64,000 bases of DNA, from positions 352,001 through 416,000 of the forward strand of contig CAVXGR010000018.1 in assembly GCA_963761335.1 (NCBI GenBank). The letters are read 5' to 3'. The position numbers were made by a program, and so were the translations under genes. The notes beneath the pieces are model-generated. The model worked only from the letters and a program-made list of their open reading frames with translations, was not told the DNA's origin and did no database searches. Shown here one piece after another: positions 43,292-52,918 of the stretch (position 1 is its first letter; every line of letters starts with the position of its first letter). This stretch comes from an uncultured delta proteobacterium. Lineage in GTDB: Bacteria > Desulfobacterota > Binatia > HRBIN30 > BPIQ01.

Positions 43292-44476
43292 ATGCGACGG
43301 GTCGTGGTCTCCGGAGTCGGGGTGGTGTCGCCGGCGGGAGCGTCGGTCGAGGCCCTGGCGCAGCAGCTGAACGCCGGCAACCTCGGCGGCACCACTGAGA
43401 GCTCCACCCATTTCGCCGTGGCCGAGATCCCACTGCAGGCGATCCCCGAGGAGAAGCGATCGCACTGGGGACGCATGGATCGCCTGTGCCGCTTCTTTCT
43501 GGCGGCTTCCTATCTCGCCGTCAGCGACGCCGCCCTCGAGATCGGCGCCAGCGAGGCGGAGCGCGCCGGGATCTCCTTCGGCACCGGTCTCGGATGCCTG
43601 CTCACCGACGAGGAGTACTATCGCCGCGTCGTCGATTCCGGGGTGCCGGCGGCCAGCCCGCGCCTTTTCGCCTACACCGTGTCGAGCGCCGCCGCCGGCG
43701 AGGTGTCGATCGCCTTGGGCATCAAAGGACCGAATCTGACGGTGCACATGGGCCTGGCCGCCGGTGTCGGCGCCGTCGGCTACGGAATGGACCTCATCCA
43801 GACGGGAAAGGCCGACGTCGTTCTCGCCGGCGGCGCCGACGTGATCGGACCGCCTCTCGTCGACGCTCTGCAGCAGATGAGACTGCTGAAGTCTCTGGCG
43901 CAGGCGCGACCGTTCCGCGACGCCATCCCCGGCATCGCACCCGCCGAGGCGGCCGTGGTGCTCGTGCTCGAGGAAGAGGGCCGGGCGCGCGCCCGCGGAG
44001 CCCCTCGGCGCGGCCGCCTGGAGAGCTATGCGGCGGGCTTCGAGCCGACCCTCACCGGTCCGGCGCCGCGCGCCGAGGGGGTCCTCGCCGCCTTGCAGTG
44101 CGCCTTCGCCAACGGCGTATGCCGGCCGGAGGAATGCGGCCTCGTCGTCTGCAGCGCCCACGGCACTCCGCTCGACCGCATCGAGCAGGAGGCTTTCGGC
44201 AGCCTCTTCTCGGCGGGGACGCCGCCCCTGCTGGTGGCGCCGAAGGCGGCCTGGGGAGATGCTCTCGGCGCCAGCGGAGTCCAGGGCTTGGCTCTCGCGC
44301 TGGGGCTCGTGCAGGAGCCGTCCAGACTGGCGCCGCCGCCCTGCTTCGACCTCGGCGGCGATTCCCTTCCCGGGTTCGTGGGCGAGGCGCGCCGGGGGCC
44401 CGCTTCGATGGCTGCCGTCAGCGCGCTGTGCTATGCGGGCCCCTTCGTGGCGCTGGTGCTGGCGCGCGACGGATGA
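43292..44476 (+). CDS. KS-like chain-length factor 1
   Basis: KS fold (VVVSGVGVVSP, SPRLFAYTV, PAEAAVVLVLE), but catalytic Cys absent (HMGLAAG) and GDALGA in place of GH. Confidence 0.82.
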   Translation: MRRVVVSGVGVVSPAGASVEALAQQLNAGNLGGTTESSTHFAVAEIPLQAIPEEKRSHWGRMDRLCRFFLAASYLAVSDAALEIGASEAERAGISFGTGLGCLLTDEEYYRRVVDSGVPAASPRLFAYTVSSAAAGEVSIALGIKGPNLTVHMGLAAGVGAVGYGMDLIQTGKADVVLAGGADVIGPPLVDALQQMRLLKSLAQARPFRDAIPGIAPAEAAVVLVLEEEGRARARGAPRRGRLESYAAGFEPTLTGPAPRAEGVLAALQCAFANGVCRPEECGLVVCSAHGTPLDRIEQEAFGSLFSAGTPPLLVAPKAAWGDALGASGVQGLALALGLVQEPSRLAPPPCFDLGGDSLPGFVGEARRGPASMAAVSALCYAGPFVALVLARDG

Positions 44477-44577
44477 TCATGGCACGGCTGGCGAACTCTC
44501 TGCGCGTATGGATGGTCTCCGCCCACACCGAGATCGCCGGGAAGATCAAAGGTCAGCTGTGCCGCCTGCTTCGCTGA
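44473..44577 (+). CDS. Putative 34-aa peptide MIMARLANSLRVWMVSAHTEIAGKIKGQLCRLLR
   Basis: ATGA overlap with the CLF1 stop; also overlaps the KR start; fills the gap exactly; no homology recognised. Confidence 0.35.
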   Translation: MIMARLANSLRVWMVSAHTEIAGKIKGQLCRLLR

Positions 44578-45335
44578 GCCCGGACGTCTTCCGTCTGGAT
44601 GGCAAACGGGCTCTGGTCACCGGGGCGTCGCGCGGTATCGGACGAGCGGTGGCCGAGGCGCTGGCGCGCGCCGGCGCCGCGGTGGCACTGAGCTACGCGC
44701 GCTCGACGGCGGAGGCGGAGGAGGCCGTCCAAGGGATTCGCGCCGCCGGCGGGGAAGCCCGCCTGGTGCCGGCGGATCTCGCCGACCCGGCGGCCATCGA
44801 TGCCATGTTCGCCGAGCTGAACCAGAGCTGGGGTGGCGCCGACATCGTCGTGCACAATGCGGCGGCGACGCGCGACGGCTACGTGATGCTGATGCCGCTC
44901 GACGCCTGGGACGAGGTGTTGCAGGTGAACCTGCGCGCCGTGTTTCTCTCCAGCCGGCACGCGCTGCGGCCGATGATTCGCAAGAAATGGGGACGCATCA
45001 TCAACGTGATCTCGCCGGCGGCGCTCGCCGGCAAGGCCGGCGCTGCCAACTACGCGGCCGCGAAAGGTGGCTTGCTGAGCTTCACCCGCTCGCTGGCCCG
45101 CGAGGTCGGCCGCTACGGCATCACCGTCAACGCCGTCTCTCCGGGCGTCATCGAGACGCGCCTGGCCGAGTCGATCCCGGCCGGCGAGCGACAGGCTCTC
45201 CGCCAGCAGATTGCGCTGGGCCGCTTCGGCGAGGCTCGCGAGGTGGCGCCGGCCGTCTGCTTCCTCGCCAGCCCGGCGGCGAGCTACGTCTCGGGGGCAA
45301 TCCTGGCGGTGGACGGCGGATTGGGTCTGGGATAG
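44559..45335 (+). CDS. 3-oxoacyl-ACP reductase (FabG-like KR)
   Basis: TGASRGIG, HNAA, YAAAK, VNAVSPG, VDGG. Confidence 0.88.
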   Translation: MPPASLSPDVFRLDGKRALVTGASRGIGRAVAEALARAGAAVALSYARSTAEAEEAVQGIRAAGGEARLVPADLADPAAIDAMFAELNQSWGGADIVVHNAAATRDGYVMLMPLDAWDEVLQVNLRAVFLSSRHALRPMIRKKWGRIINVISPAALAGKAGAANYAAAKGGLLSFTRSLAREVGRYGITVNAVSPGVIETRLAESIPAGERQALRQQIALGRFGEAREVAPAVCFLASPAASYVSGAILAVDGGLGLG

Positions 45336-45428
45336 CGGGATTTCAAAGCGGAACAATGGCCAGTAATCTGAAGACGAACGTGATCTGTCGACATCTCCTC
45401 TCGGCGCCGCCGGCGCCTCTGGGCTCGC

Positions 45429-46640
45429 ATGCGGCGCATTGCCATCACCGGCATCGGTAGCATCAACGCCCTCGGCGTCGGTGTCGACACCTTTGCCGCG
45501 GGGCTCGAGGAGGGTCGTTGCGGCATCGGCGATCTCTCCGTGATCGACAGCCGTGGGTTTCGCAGCCGCCGCGCCGCGGAGGTGCGCGAGCTGGTGCTGC
45601 CCACGCCGCTGGCGCGCCGCTGGCGGCGGCGCGCCTCGCGCTCGTCGCTGCTGGCGCTCGCTGCCGCCGCCGAGGCCTGGCCGATGGCGCAGCTCTCGGC
45701 AGCCGACGGCGCCGGCGCCGCCGTCATCATCGGTACGAGCACCGGCGGCGTCGGCCTCGGCGAGGTGGACTACGAGCGCCTGCTCGGCGATTCCGCGAGC
45801 CGCCCGCGGCTTGGCCGCTGGTTGGAGACGCCCATGTGGATGCCATCCGACACCCTGGCCAGCGCCTTCGGCTGCAGCGGTCCGAAGATGACGGTATCCA
45901 CCGCCTGCTCGTCCGGTGCCAACGCCCTCGGCATGGCCGCCGACTGGATCCGCAGCGGCCGTGTCGAGGTCGTCCTCTGCGGCGGCACCGACTCGCTGTG
46001 CCGGACGACGTACGCGGGCTTCGATGTGCTGCAGGCGCTCGACCGCGAGGGCTGTCGCCCCTTCGATCGGCGCCGCGCCGGCTTGACTCTCGGGGAAGGC
46101 GCCGCGGCCTTCGTCGTCGAGGCCTGGGAGTGCGCCCGTCGCCGCGGCGCTCCGATTCTCGCCGAGTTCCTCGGCTACGGGGTCACCGCCGACGCCCATC
46201 ACCTGACCCAGCCGCGGCCGGACGGCGAGGGCGCTATCGAGGCCATGCGCCGGGCGCTGCGCGATGCCGGCATCGACGCGGCAGAGATCGACTATATCAA
46301 CGCCCACGGTACCGGCACGCCGCTCAACGACGCGATCGAGACGCACGCCATCAAGACCGTGTTCGGCGCGGCGGCCTATCGGGTTCCGGTGAGCTCCACC
46401 AAGTCGATGGTGGGACACTGCCTGGCCGCAGGCGGTGCCATCGAGGCACTGGCGTGCGTGCTGGCAATGCGCCGCGGCTTCATCCCGCCGACCATCGGGC
46501 TCCAGGAGCCCGACCCGCAGTGCGACCTCGATTATGTGCCGAACCGCAGTCGCCGTGCGGGTCTGCGCACCGTGCTGTCGAACTCCTATGCCTTTGGCGG
46601 CAACAACACCAGCATGGTTCTCCGCCGGGGAGAAGAGTGA
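45429..46640 (+). CDS. Beta-ketoacyl-ACP synthase (active KS, FabF-like) 2
   Basis: STACSSG, NAHGTGT, STKSMVGH, SNSYAFGGNN. Confidence 0.92.
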   Translation: MRRIAITGIGSINALGVGVDTFAAGLEEGRCGIGDLSVIDSRGFRSRRAAEVRELVLPTPLARRWRRRASRSSLLALAAAAEAWPMAQLSAADGAGAAVIIGTSTGGVGLGEVDYERLLGDSASRPRLGRWLETPMWMPSDTLASAFGCSGPKMTVSTACSSGANALGMAADWIRSGRVEVVLCGGTDSLCRTTYAGFDVLQALDREGCRPFDRRRAGLTLGEGAAAFVVEAWECARRRGAPILAEFLGYGVTADAHHLTQPRPDGEGAIEAMRRALRDAGIDAAEIDYINAHGTGTPLNDAIETHAIKTVFGAAAYRVPVSSTKSMVGHCLAAGGAIEALACVLAMRRGFIPPTIGLQEPDPQCDLDYVPNRSRRAGLRTVLSNSYAFGGNNTSMVLRRGEE

Positions 46641-47902
46641 CCGCTGTGCGTGCGCCGTCGTTCGGTGGCGTCGCGGCGCCACCCGCGGGCCCGTCGATTG
46701 CGGTGACTGGCATCGGGGTCGTCAGTCCGCTCGGCGTTGGGCAGGAGACCTTCTGGACGGCTCTCTGCGAGGGTCGTTCCGGAGTCGAGCCGCTCTCCGG
46801 CATGGAGCTGCCGGACGGCCCGCGTTTCGCGGCGCAGGTCCGGGGCTTCGAGGCGCGGGAGTTCATTACCTCGACGCACCTGCGCCGCATGGACAAGCTC
46901 TCGCGGATGATTGTGGCTGCCAGCCGCATGGCAAGCGACGATGCCGGCGCGCTCGGGGGCGCTGTCTCCGCGGAGCGGGTGGCGGTGGTGATCGGCTCCG
47001 CCTTCGGCAACGTCTCCGAATCGGAGATCCATCTGCGGCGTCTGTTCGCGAAGGGACCGGCGTTTGCCAGCCCGATGATCTTTCCGAACCTGGTTCACAA
47101 CGCGCCGGCGAGCTACGTGTCCATGGAGCTCGGGCTGCGCGGGGTCAACTTCACCGTCAGCCAGGGGGAGATCTCTGGTGAGCAGGCCATTCTCGTCGGC
47201 TGCGATCTCCTGCGCGCCGGCCGCGCCGATGCGGTGCTGGCCGGCGGCGGCGACGAGCTCGCCGCCATCGTCTGCGAGGTGTACCGCCGCGGCGGCGCCC
47301 TGGCCGGCCGGCGCGGCAGTCGTGAGTGGGCGAGCCCCTACGACACCGGGCGCAGCGGTGTCGTTCTCGGCGAAGGCGCCGCCATGCTCTGCCTAGAGCC
47401 GCTGCCCGCGGCGCTGGCGCGCGGCGCCGCGGTGTACGCGCGGATCGACGCCGTCGAGCCGCTGTCGATTCCGGCGCCGCGTTATGATTGGCCGGCGACG
47501 GCCGCCTCCGCCGTCGAGCGAGTGCAGCGCCTTCTCGCCGGCGCGGGCGCCAATCGCATCGATCTGATCTGTGGCTCGGCGAACTCGTCGCGCCGTCTGG
47601 ATGCCTGCGAGATCGAGCTGTTCGCCCGTGTCTTCGGCGAGAGCGCCTCGCGCATCTGGCTCACCTCGATCAAGGGGGCCGTCGGCGAGTTCGGCGCCGC
47701 CGGCGCCCTCAGCGCCGCGGCCACGTGCATGGCTCTCCGCCAGCAGATGGTTCCGCCCCTCTGCCACATGCGGCGCCCCGAGCCCCGCCAGCCGTTCCGC
47801 CTGCCCGCCGGGACCGCGGTGGCGGCGCCGCTGGCGGCGGCGCTGCTCTTCGGCATGGGGCGTGGCGGCAACGCCGCGGCGATGGCGATCTCAGAGCCGT
47901 AG
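46637..47902 (+). CDS. KS-like chain-length factor 2
   Basis: KS fold with SPMIFPNLVHN; Cys replaced (SQGEISG); GSANSS and GEFGAAG in place of the His motifs; GTGA overlap. Confidence 0.85.
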   Translation: MTAVRAPSFGGVAAPPAGPSIAVTGIGVVSPLGVGQETFWTALCEGRSGVEPLSGMELPDGPRFAAQVRGFEAREFITSTHLRRMDKLSRMIVAASRMASDDAGALGGAVSAERVAVVIGSAFGNVSESEIHLRRLFAKGPAFASPMIFPNLVHNAPASYVSMELGLRGVNFTVSQGEISGEQAILVGCDLLRAGRADAVLAGGGDELAAIVCEVYRRGGALAGRRGSREWASPYDTGRSGVVLGEGAAMLCLEPLPAALARGAAVYARIDAVEPLSIPAPRYDWPATAASAVERVQRLLAGAGANRIDLICGSANSSRRLDACEIELFARVFGESASRIWLTSIKGAVGEFGAAGALSAAATCMALRQQMVPPLCHMRRPEPRQPFRLPAGTAVAAPLAAALLFGMGRGGNAAAMAISEP

Positions 47903-48074
47903 CGGCTCGGTTTCTCAGTTGCTCGGTTGTCGGATTGTTCGGGTGTCTCGCGCTCGAGCGCCCGAAATGGACGGAACATCGCCAACTCAAGAGCCCGAAA
48001 ACGCGATAGCCCAGCAACCGAGCCACTGAGCCCACTGAGCCACCGAGAAACTGAGAAACTGAGAAACTGAGCCC
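47903..48074. repeat. Inverted octamer-array element, copy 1
   Basis: Left: CGGCTCGG TTTCTCAG TTGCTCGG TTGTCGG. Right: CCGAGCCA CTGAGCCCA CTGAGCCA CCGAGAAA CTGAGAAA CTGAGAAA CTGAGCCC. Lies between convergent genes. Confidence 0.85.
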
Positions 48075-48082
48075 CCGATCCC

Positions 48083-48634
48083 CTACCAAACAAACGGGAC
48101 CAGCCTCCGAACTCGCTCGCAATAGCGCGCGAACTCATCGCCGAGGTGGCGGCGCATCCAGCGCTCCTCCTGAACGACACGCACTCCCATGGCGAGGGCG
48201 CACATGGCGTAGGTTGCGAAGAGGGGAGGGTGGGGTGCCGCGGCCAGAGGGGCGGCGGCGGTCAGCAGCACGCCGAGGGCGAGCGGGTTGCGCACCACCG
48301 CGAAGGCGCCGTCGCGGCGAAAGCGCAGGGGGGGCTCCTGCGGCAGCCGCGTGCGGCGCAGCGGACCAATCAGCACCCGGCCCCAAAACCAGATCCCCAC
48401 CCCGGCGCTGAAGAGCGCCAGTGAAGCGCCGATTCTACTGGGCGGCAGGTGCGGCTCGAAGCTGATGGCGATGCACGCCGCAGTGACGTGCAGCGCCACG
48501 AGCAGCGGAGTGAGCCGGACCCAGAATCGCTCCCAGAAGTCGTAAAACGGCACCGCATCCGCGGCGTTCTCGGCGCGGCACGCATACATCGGCAACCAGC
48601 CGAGCGCCAACAGCATTGCCAGCGCCAGGTTCAC
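48083..48634 (-). CDS. Isoprenylcysteine/phospholipid methyltransferase-like membrane protein
   Basis: GAFAVVRNP, EERWM...LGDEFARYC.RV.R.VPFVW; GTG start overlapping the upstream stop. Confidence 0.7.
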   Translation of the reverse strand: MNLALAMLLALGWLPMYACRAENAADAVPFYDFWERFWVRLTPLLVALHVTAACIAISFEPHLPPSRIGASLALFSAGVGIWFWGRVLIGPLRRTRLPQEPPLRFRRDGAFAVVRNPLALGVLLTAAAPLAAAPHPPLFATYAMCALAMGVRVVQEERWMRRHLGDEFARYCERVRRLVPFVW

Positions 48635-49635
48635 GCCGCCGCCTTCTCCGCCGCCGACAGGCGCAGGCTGCCCAGCGAGACACCGTAGTGCCAGAGGACG
48701 GCGAAGCCAATCGCCATCCACACGGTCTCATGGACGCGCAGCACGGCGCCGACGAGCAGTCCGGCGCGCGGGTCGCCCGTGCTGGCGGTGAACAGCGCCA
48801 CCTCGGTGGCCTCCATGGCGCCCAGGCCGGAAGGCGTCGGCGCTGCCCGCGCCACACCGCTGGAGATCACCACCATGAGGAGGAGCGGCAGGCTGAGCGT
48901 CACCCCGAAGGCCCGCAACAAGACGCCGTACTGGAGCACGTTCAGTGCCTCGATGGCCAGCGAGCCGAGGAGACCCCAGACGAACACCCGCGGCTGCTCG
49001 CGGAAGAAGCGTGACAGGTGTTCCTCGACGCCGCGGAGGACACCGGCAACCGCCGCGAGAAACGGTTGCCGCTGGGCTCGCTTGCTGCCGTAGATGAAGG
49101 CCAGCGGTCGACCGCCGCGCCGCAGCCGCCAGAGCGGTACGGCGAGAAAGGCAAGCGCCGCAGTCATTCCGGCGGCCAGCATCAGGGAGGCGTTCCCGCC
49201 GCCTCCCGCCAGCGCGAAGCAGGTGACGGCGGCAAGCCCATAGAGCACGTTGCCGATGATCTCCAGTACCCGGTCGAGGGTCACGGCCGCTCCGGCGCGC
49301 GCCGTGTCGGCTCCGGCGGTACGCATCAAAGCGACGCGCACCGGCTCCCCGGCGAGCTTGGCGGAGGGGATCGCCGCTCCCACGGCGTCGCCGCCGAGGC
49401 GCGCCGCGATCAGGTGCCGGAGCGGCATCGATGACCCGAGGGAGCGACAGACCATCTGCCAGCGCAGGGCGTAGCCGAGCAGGATGAGCGCCGACACCCA
49501 GAGATAGAGCACCAGCAGCCGCGGGTCGGCGCGGCAAAACGCCGTGGCGATCTCATCGGCGCCGAAAGCCCAGAGCAGCGCCGCCAGCGCCGCAGCTCCG
49601 ACGGCCAGCGAGAGGAGATCGCTGCGGCGCAACAT
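48631..49635 (-). CDS. Lysylphosphatidylglycerol-synthase TM / flippase-like membrane protein
   Basis: ALRW, PSAKLAGEPVR, TLDR, PTPSGLGAMEA motifs; multiple TMs. Confidence 0.8.
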   Translation of the reverse strand: MLRRSDLLSLAVGAAALAALLWAFGADEIATAFCRADPRLLVLYLWVSALILLGYALRWQMVCRSLGSSMPLRHLIAARLGGDAVGAAIPSAKLAGEPVRVALMRTAGADTARAGAAVTLDRVLEIIGNVLYGLAAVTCFALAGGGGNASLMLAAGMTAALAFLAVPLWRLRRGGRPLAFIYGSKRAQRQPFLAAVAGVLRGVEEHLSRFFREQPRVFVWGLLGSLAIEALNVLQYGVLLRAFGVTLSLPLLLMVVISSGVARAAPTPSGLGAMEATEVALFTASTGDPRAGLLVGAVLRVHETVWMAIGFAVLWHYGVSLGSLRLSAAEKAAA

Positions 49636-49649
49636 CGACGGTCTCCCCC

Positions 49650-50540
49650 TCAGGAGATCACCTCGGCGAAGATCTCGGCGATGGGGGCGAAGGCAACCTG
49701 CTGCATGAGGGTCCGCAAGCGCTCGGCGAGCCGATCTCGTCCGACGCGCAGTATCCAGCGGTTCGCCGCCGGAGCAGTCGGCGACAGCGGGTCGATCTCC
49801 CAGGGGTGCAGGTAGAACACCCCCGCCCCGACCTCGCGCTGGAAGCGCCGCAGCCAGTACGCCAGCAGCCGCGGGGGCAGCATGCGCAGTCCAGCACCGC
49901 TGGCCAGCGGCAGGTGCCAGAAGTGAAGTATCTGCAGAATCCCCACGGGGATTTCCCAGAGCCCATTGGCGTGCCGGAACGGCTGCCGCGGGCACACCAG
50001 CTCCAGACCGGGCGGGCGATCGATGGGAAGGATGCTGGAGTCGTAGGCGAGACCGAGCTCTCCGAGCGCATCGATCGGCCAGTGCACTCCCGCCTTGATC
50101 GAGAAGTACGGCGCCCGATAGCCGCGCACCGGCGCCCCGCAGGCATCCTCGATGACCCGAAGCGAGCGCTGCACATCGGTGCGAAACTCGCGGCGCAGGA
50201 AGTCGCCGAGCGGCCGGTGCTGATATCCGTGGCTGCCGACCTCGTGCCCGGCCTCGGCGACGGTGCGAACCAGGGCTGGAAAGCGCTCCGCCACCTCGCC
50301 GAGAAAGAAGAATGTGGCGCGGGCGCCGCCGGCGGCGAAGATCTCGAGGAGCTGCAAGGTGTTGTACTCGACTCGCTCGGCGACTCGGCCTCCTTGCGCG
50401 TCGCCGCCGTCGTGGTACCAATCCTCGACGTCGACGCTGAGGGCGTGCCGCTGCGGCGACGAGCGGGTCGTCGGCGACTGCGGCGGTGCCGGTCGATCGA
50501 GGCCGGGCGATGAGTTGGGGCGCATCGACCGTCGCATCAT
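49650..50540 (-). CDS. Polysaccharide deacetylase (DUF3473 type)
   Basis: SVDVEDWYH, ATFFFLG, HEVGSHGYQH, GYRAPYFS, FYLHPWEID. Confidence 0.85.
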   Translation of the reverse strand: MMRRSMRPNSSPGLDRPAPPQSPTTRSSPQRHALSVDVEDWYHDGGDAQGGRVAERVEYNTLQLLEIFAAGGARATFFFLGEVAERFPALVRTVAEAGHEVGSHGYQHRPLGDFLRREFRTDVQRSLRVIEDACGAPVRGYRAPYFSIKAGVHWPIDALGELGLAYDSSILPIDRPPGLELVCPRQPFRHANGLWEIPVGILQILHFWHLPLASGAGLRMLPPRLLAYWLRRFQREVGAGVFYLHPWEIDPLSPTAPAANRWILRVGRDRLAERLRTLMQQVAFAPIAEIFAEVIS

Positions 50541-50728
50541 TGGCGCAACCGGGGGGCGGAATCAACCGCCATTCGGCGTTGGCGATCGGACCTCCGAGCC
50601 GGCGTGCATCGAGACTTCTCGCCGCCTGGGCCGCGGCGCCCCCTGTGGGACATTGGCACATAAGGTGGCGGGGCTACTTGTGTCCTCTCCTTCGACTGAT
50701 ACGCTGAACAGGCACAGAAGGAGATTAC

Positions 50729-50983
50729 ATGCGCAACCTCGTCCACCGCACCGCCCGCACCGCCGTCGCCGTCTTCCTGGTGATGAGCCTGATGGTTGTT
50801 TCCTCGGCGTCAGTCGCCAACGCCGCCGAGGTCGGCTTCAACGACGAGTACGTCTTTGCCGCCACTCGGGCGCTGAACGAATCCGACCTGAACCCGGTCG
50901 CCAAGGTGCCGCTGCTGCCCTTGACGGTGGTGGCCGACATCATCGTGCTGCCCTTCACGGTGATCGCCGGCTTCGTCGTTTGA
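50729..50983 (+). CDS. Small exported/membrane protein (84 aa)
   Basis: AAGGAG RBS; signal peptide ending ANA; hydrophobic C-terminus LPLTVVADIIVLPF. Confidence 0.7.
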   Translation: MRNLVHRTARTAVAVFLVMSLMVVSSASVANAAEVGFNDEYVFAATRALNESDLNPVAKVPLLPLTVVADIIVLPFTVIAGFVV

Positions 50984-52620
50984 CCCCGCCGGTCCGGTGC
51001 GTGACGGCGCCCGGGCCGAGCTTCGCTGGCGGAGGCGACCTCGATATCGATCGCCGAATGGTCAGCGGGCGGGTGCTGCCTGCGTGCGGCCGCCGAGGGC
51101 CGTCGGCGGCACGCTCCAGTGAGCCGTCGCGGATCAGGGCGCTGACCGCCTCGAGGTCGGCCCGCAGCGGGCGATCTTCGCGTAGCTCGGGGCTGTGCTC
51201 GCGGACCGCTTGGTGCGCCGCCCGGGTGCCGGCGCCGGCGCGCGCCGCGCCGCGCAGGTCGAGCCCCTGCGCGGCGCAGAGAATTTCGATGGCAATCATG
51301 CGCTCGACGTTGTCGAGCACCTGTGCTGCCTGGCGGGCCGCCACCATTCCCATGCTGACGACGTCCTGGTTGTTGGCATTGGTCGGCACCGAGCGCACGC
51401 TCGCCGGCGCCGCCAGCACGGCATTGTCGGCTGCCATCGACGAAGCGCAGTACTGCAGCCCCATCAGGCCGCTGTCGATTCCTGGCACGCCGCGAATCAG
51501 GAACGGCGGCAGGCCGGCGTTGAGGCTCGCGTCGAGAAGTCGGGCGATGCGGCGCTCGGCGGCGACGCCGATCTCCACCAGCGCCAGCTTGGCGTGGTCG
51601 AGCGCCATGGCGACCGCCTGCCCGTGGAAGTTTCCGCCGTGTACGACGCGCTCCTCATCGGCAAGCAGGAGCGGGTTGTCGGTCACCGAGTCGAGCTCGG
51701 TCTCGATCACGGTCGCGGCGCCGGCCAGCGCCTCGAGCGCCGGGCCGAGGATCTGCGGAATGCAGCGCAGGGTGTAAGCGTCCTGGCGCGCCGCCGCCGC
51801 CTCGGTGCGCAGCAGCGTGCTGCCCTCGACGATCTGTGCCAGCCGCCGGGCCACGGTGCGCTGGCCGGGGTGGGGGCGCAGCTCCTGGAGCGCGGGGTCG
51901 AGAGCTTCGCGGTTGGCGGTCAGCGCCTCGAAGGCCATGGCGGCGGCCACTTGAGCGGCGCCGGCGACTCGATCGGCGCGCGCCGCGAGCAGGGCGGCGG
52001 TGCCGGTGTGGAAAGAGGTGCCGTTGATCAGGGCCAGCCCCTCGCGGTAGCGGGGGACCAGCGGCTCCAGGCCAGCAGCCGCCAGTGCCTCCGCCGCAGG
52101 CGCGCTCGCGGCCGTCTTCCTCGACGATTCCCTCGCCGAGGAGCGCCAGGGCGATTTGTGCCAGCTCGACGAGGTCGCCGCTGGCGCCCACCGAGCCGAT
52201 CTCGTGCACCACCGGATGCAGGCGCCGATTGAGCATGGACACGATCAGCTCGACCAGACGCGGGTCCACCCCGGAAAAGCCGCGGGCCAAGACATGGGCC
52301 CGCACGGTCATCGCCGCGCGCACGTACTCGGCGGGATGGGCGCGACCGAGGGTGACCGCGTGGCTGCGGATCAGATTGCGCTGGAAGCGGGCGCGATCGC
52401 TCTCGGAGACGCCCTCGGAAGCGAGTGGTCCGCACCCTGTCGTCAGTCCGTAGACGGGCACACGCCGCCGCGCCAGATCCTCCAGAAAAGCGAAGGAGCG
52501 CTGCAGTCGCGGTGCCGCCGCGGCATCGATCTCGACGTGTGCCCCTCGCCGCGCCACGGCGTCGATGTCGGCAATCGCCAGACGAGAGACGCCGATACGG
52601 ACAATGCTGGAGGTGCTCAT
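50955..52620 (-). pseudogene. MIO-dependent aromatic amino acid ammonia-lyase (HAL/PAL/TAL family) split by a frameshift near 52100
   Basis: 5' frame: VYGLTTG.G, QRNLIRSHA, GSVGASGDL. After GRER, one extra base shifts the frame; the other frame continues PAAEALAAAGLEPL...EGLALINGT...QDAYTLRC...DNP...HGGNFHG...NNQDVVSMG. True pseudogene or sequencing error. Confidence 0.85.
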
Positions 52621-52788
52621 GCGGAGCTGAGAATTCCGCTCCCATAACGGCGGCGGGTGAAGCGGTCAAGTGAGCGTCGAGCGGAACGGGGGTTCCTTCT
52701 CCCGTCCTGGAAGGCGAGAAGGGGAGAGGCGAGACAGAGACGCTTGCGGCATTCCGCGGTTGGTGGTACCCGCTGCGGCGCTGGGAGA

Positions 52789-52902
52789 ATGCGAATGCGA
52801 CAGAAGACCGTAGGGCTCATGCTGTTTTTATCGGTCGTGGGTCTGAAGGTCGCCCAGCCCCGACGCGCGACGAGCCGGCGGCGTGCCCGATTGCGGCGCT
52901 GA
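52789..52902 (+). CDS. Putative 35-37-aa peptide upstream of the halogenase
   Basis: GGGAGA RBS; MRMRQKTVGLMLFLSVVGLKVAQPRRATSRRRARLRR; ends 16 nt before the halogenase start. Confidence 0.3.
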   Translation: MRMRQKTVGLMLFLSVVGLKVAQPRRATSRRRARLRR

Positions 52903-52918
52903 AGGGGCCAGCAGAGCC

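Noticed and set aside
45356..45460. 34-aa ORF MASNLKTNVICRHLLSAPP...
   Set aside because: No RBS and overlaps the KS2 start by 32 nt; the region looks more like an internal promoter (TTTCAA-N17-TAATCT, 45341-45369), itself too weak to list.
42070..46640. Calling the KS/KR genes housekeeping fabF/fabG
   Set aside because: Each KS is paired with a Cys-less CLF and flanked by MMPL/LolA-like genes, with no fabD, fabH or plsX; this is a specialised type II system.
47903..48074. Octamer arrays as a CRISPR array
   Set aside because: Units are 8 nt and contiguous, with no unique spacers and no cas genes.
50652..50670. TTGGCACATAAGGTGGC as a sigma-54 promoter for the 84-aa gene
   Set aside because: Spacing is GG-N11-GC; sigma-54 requires N10.
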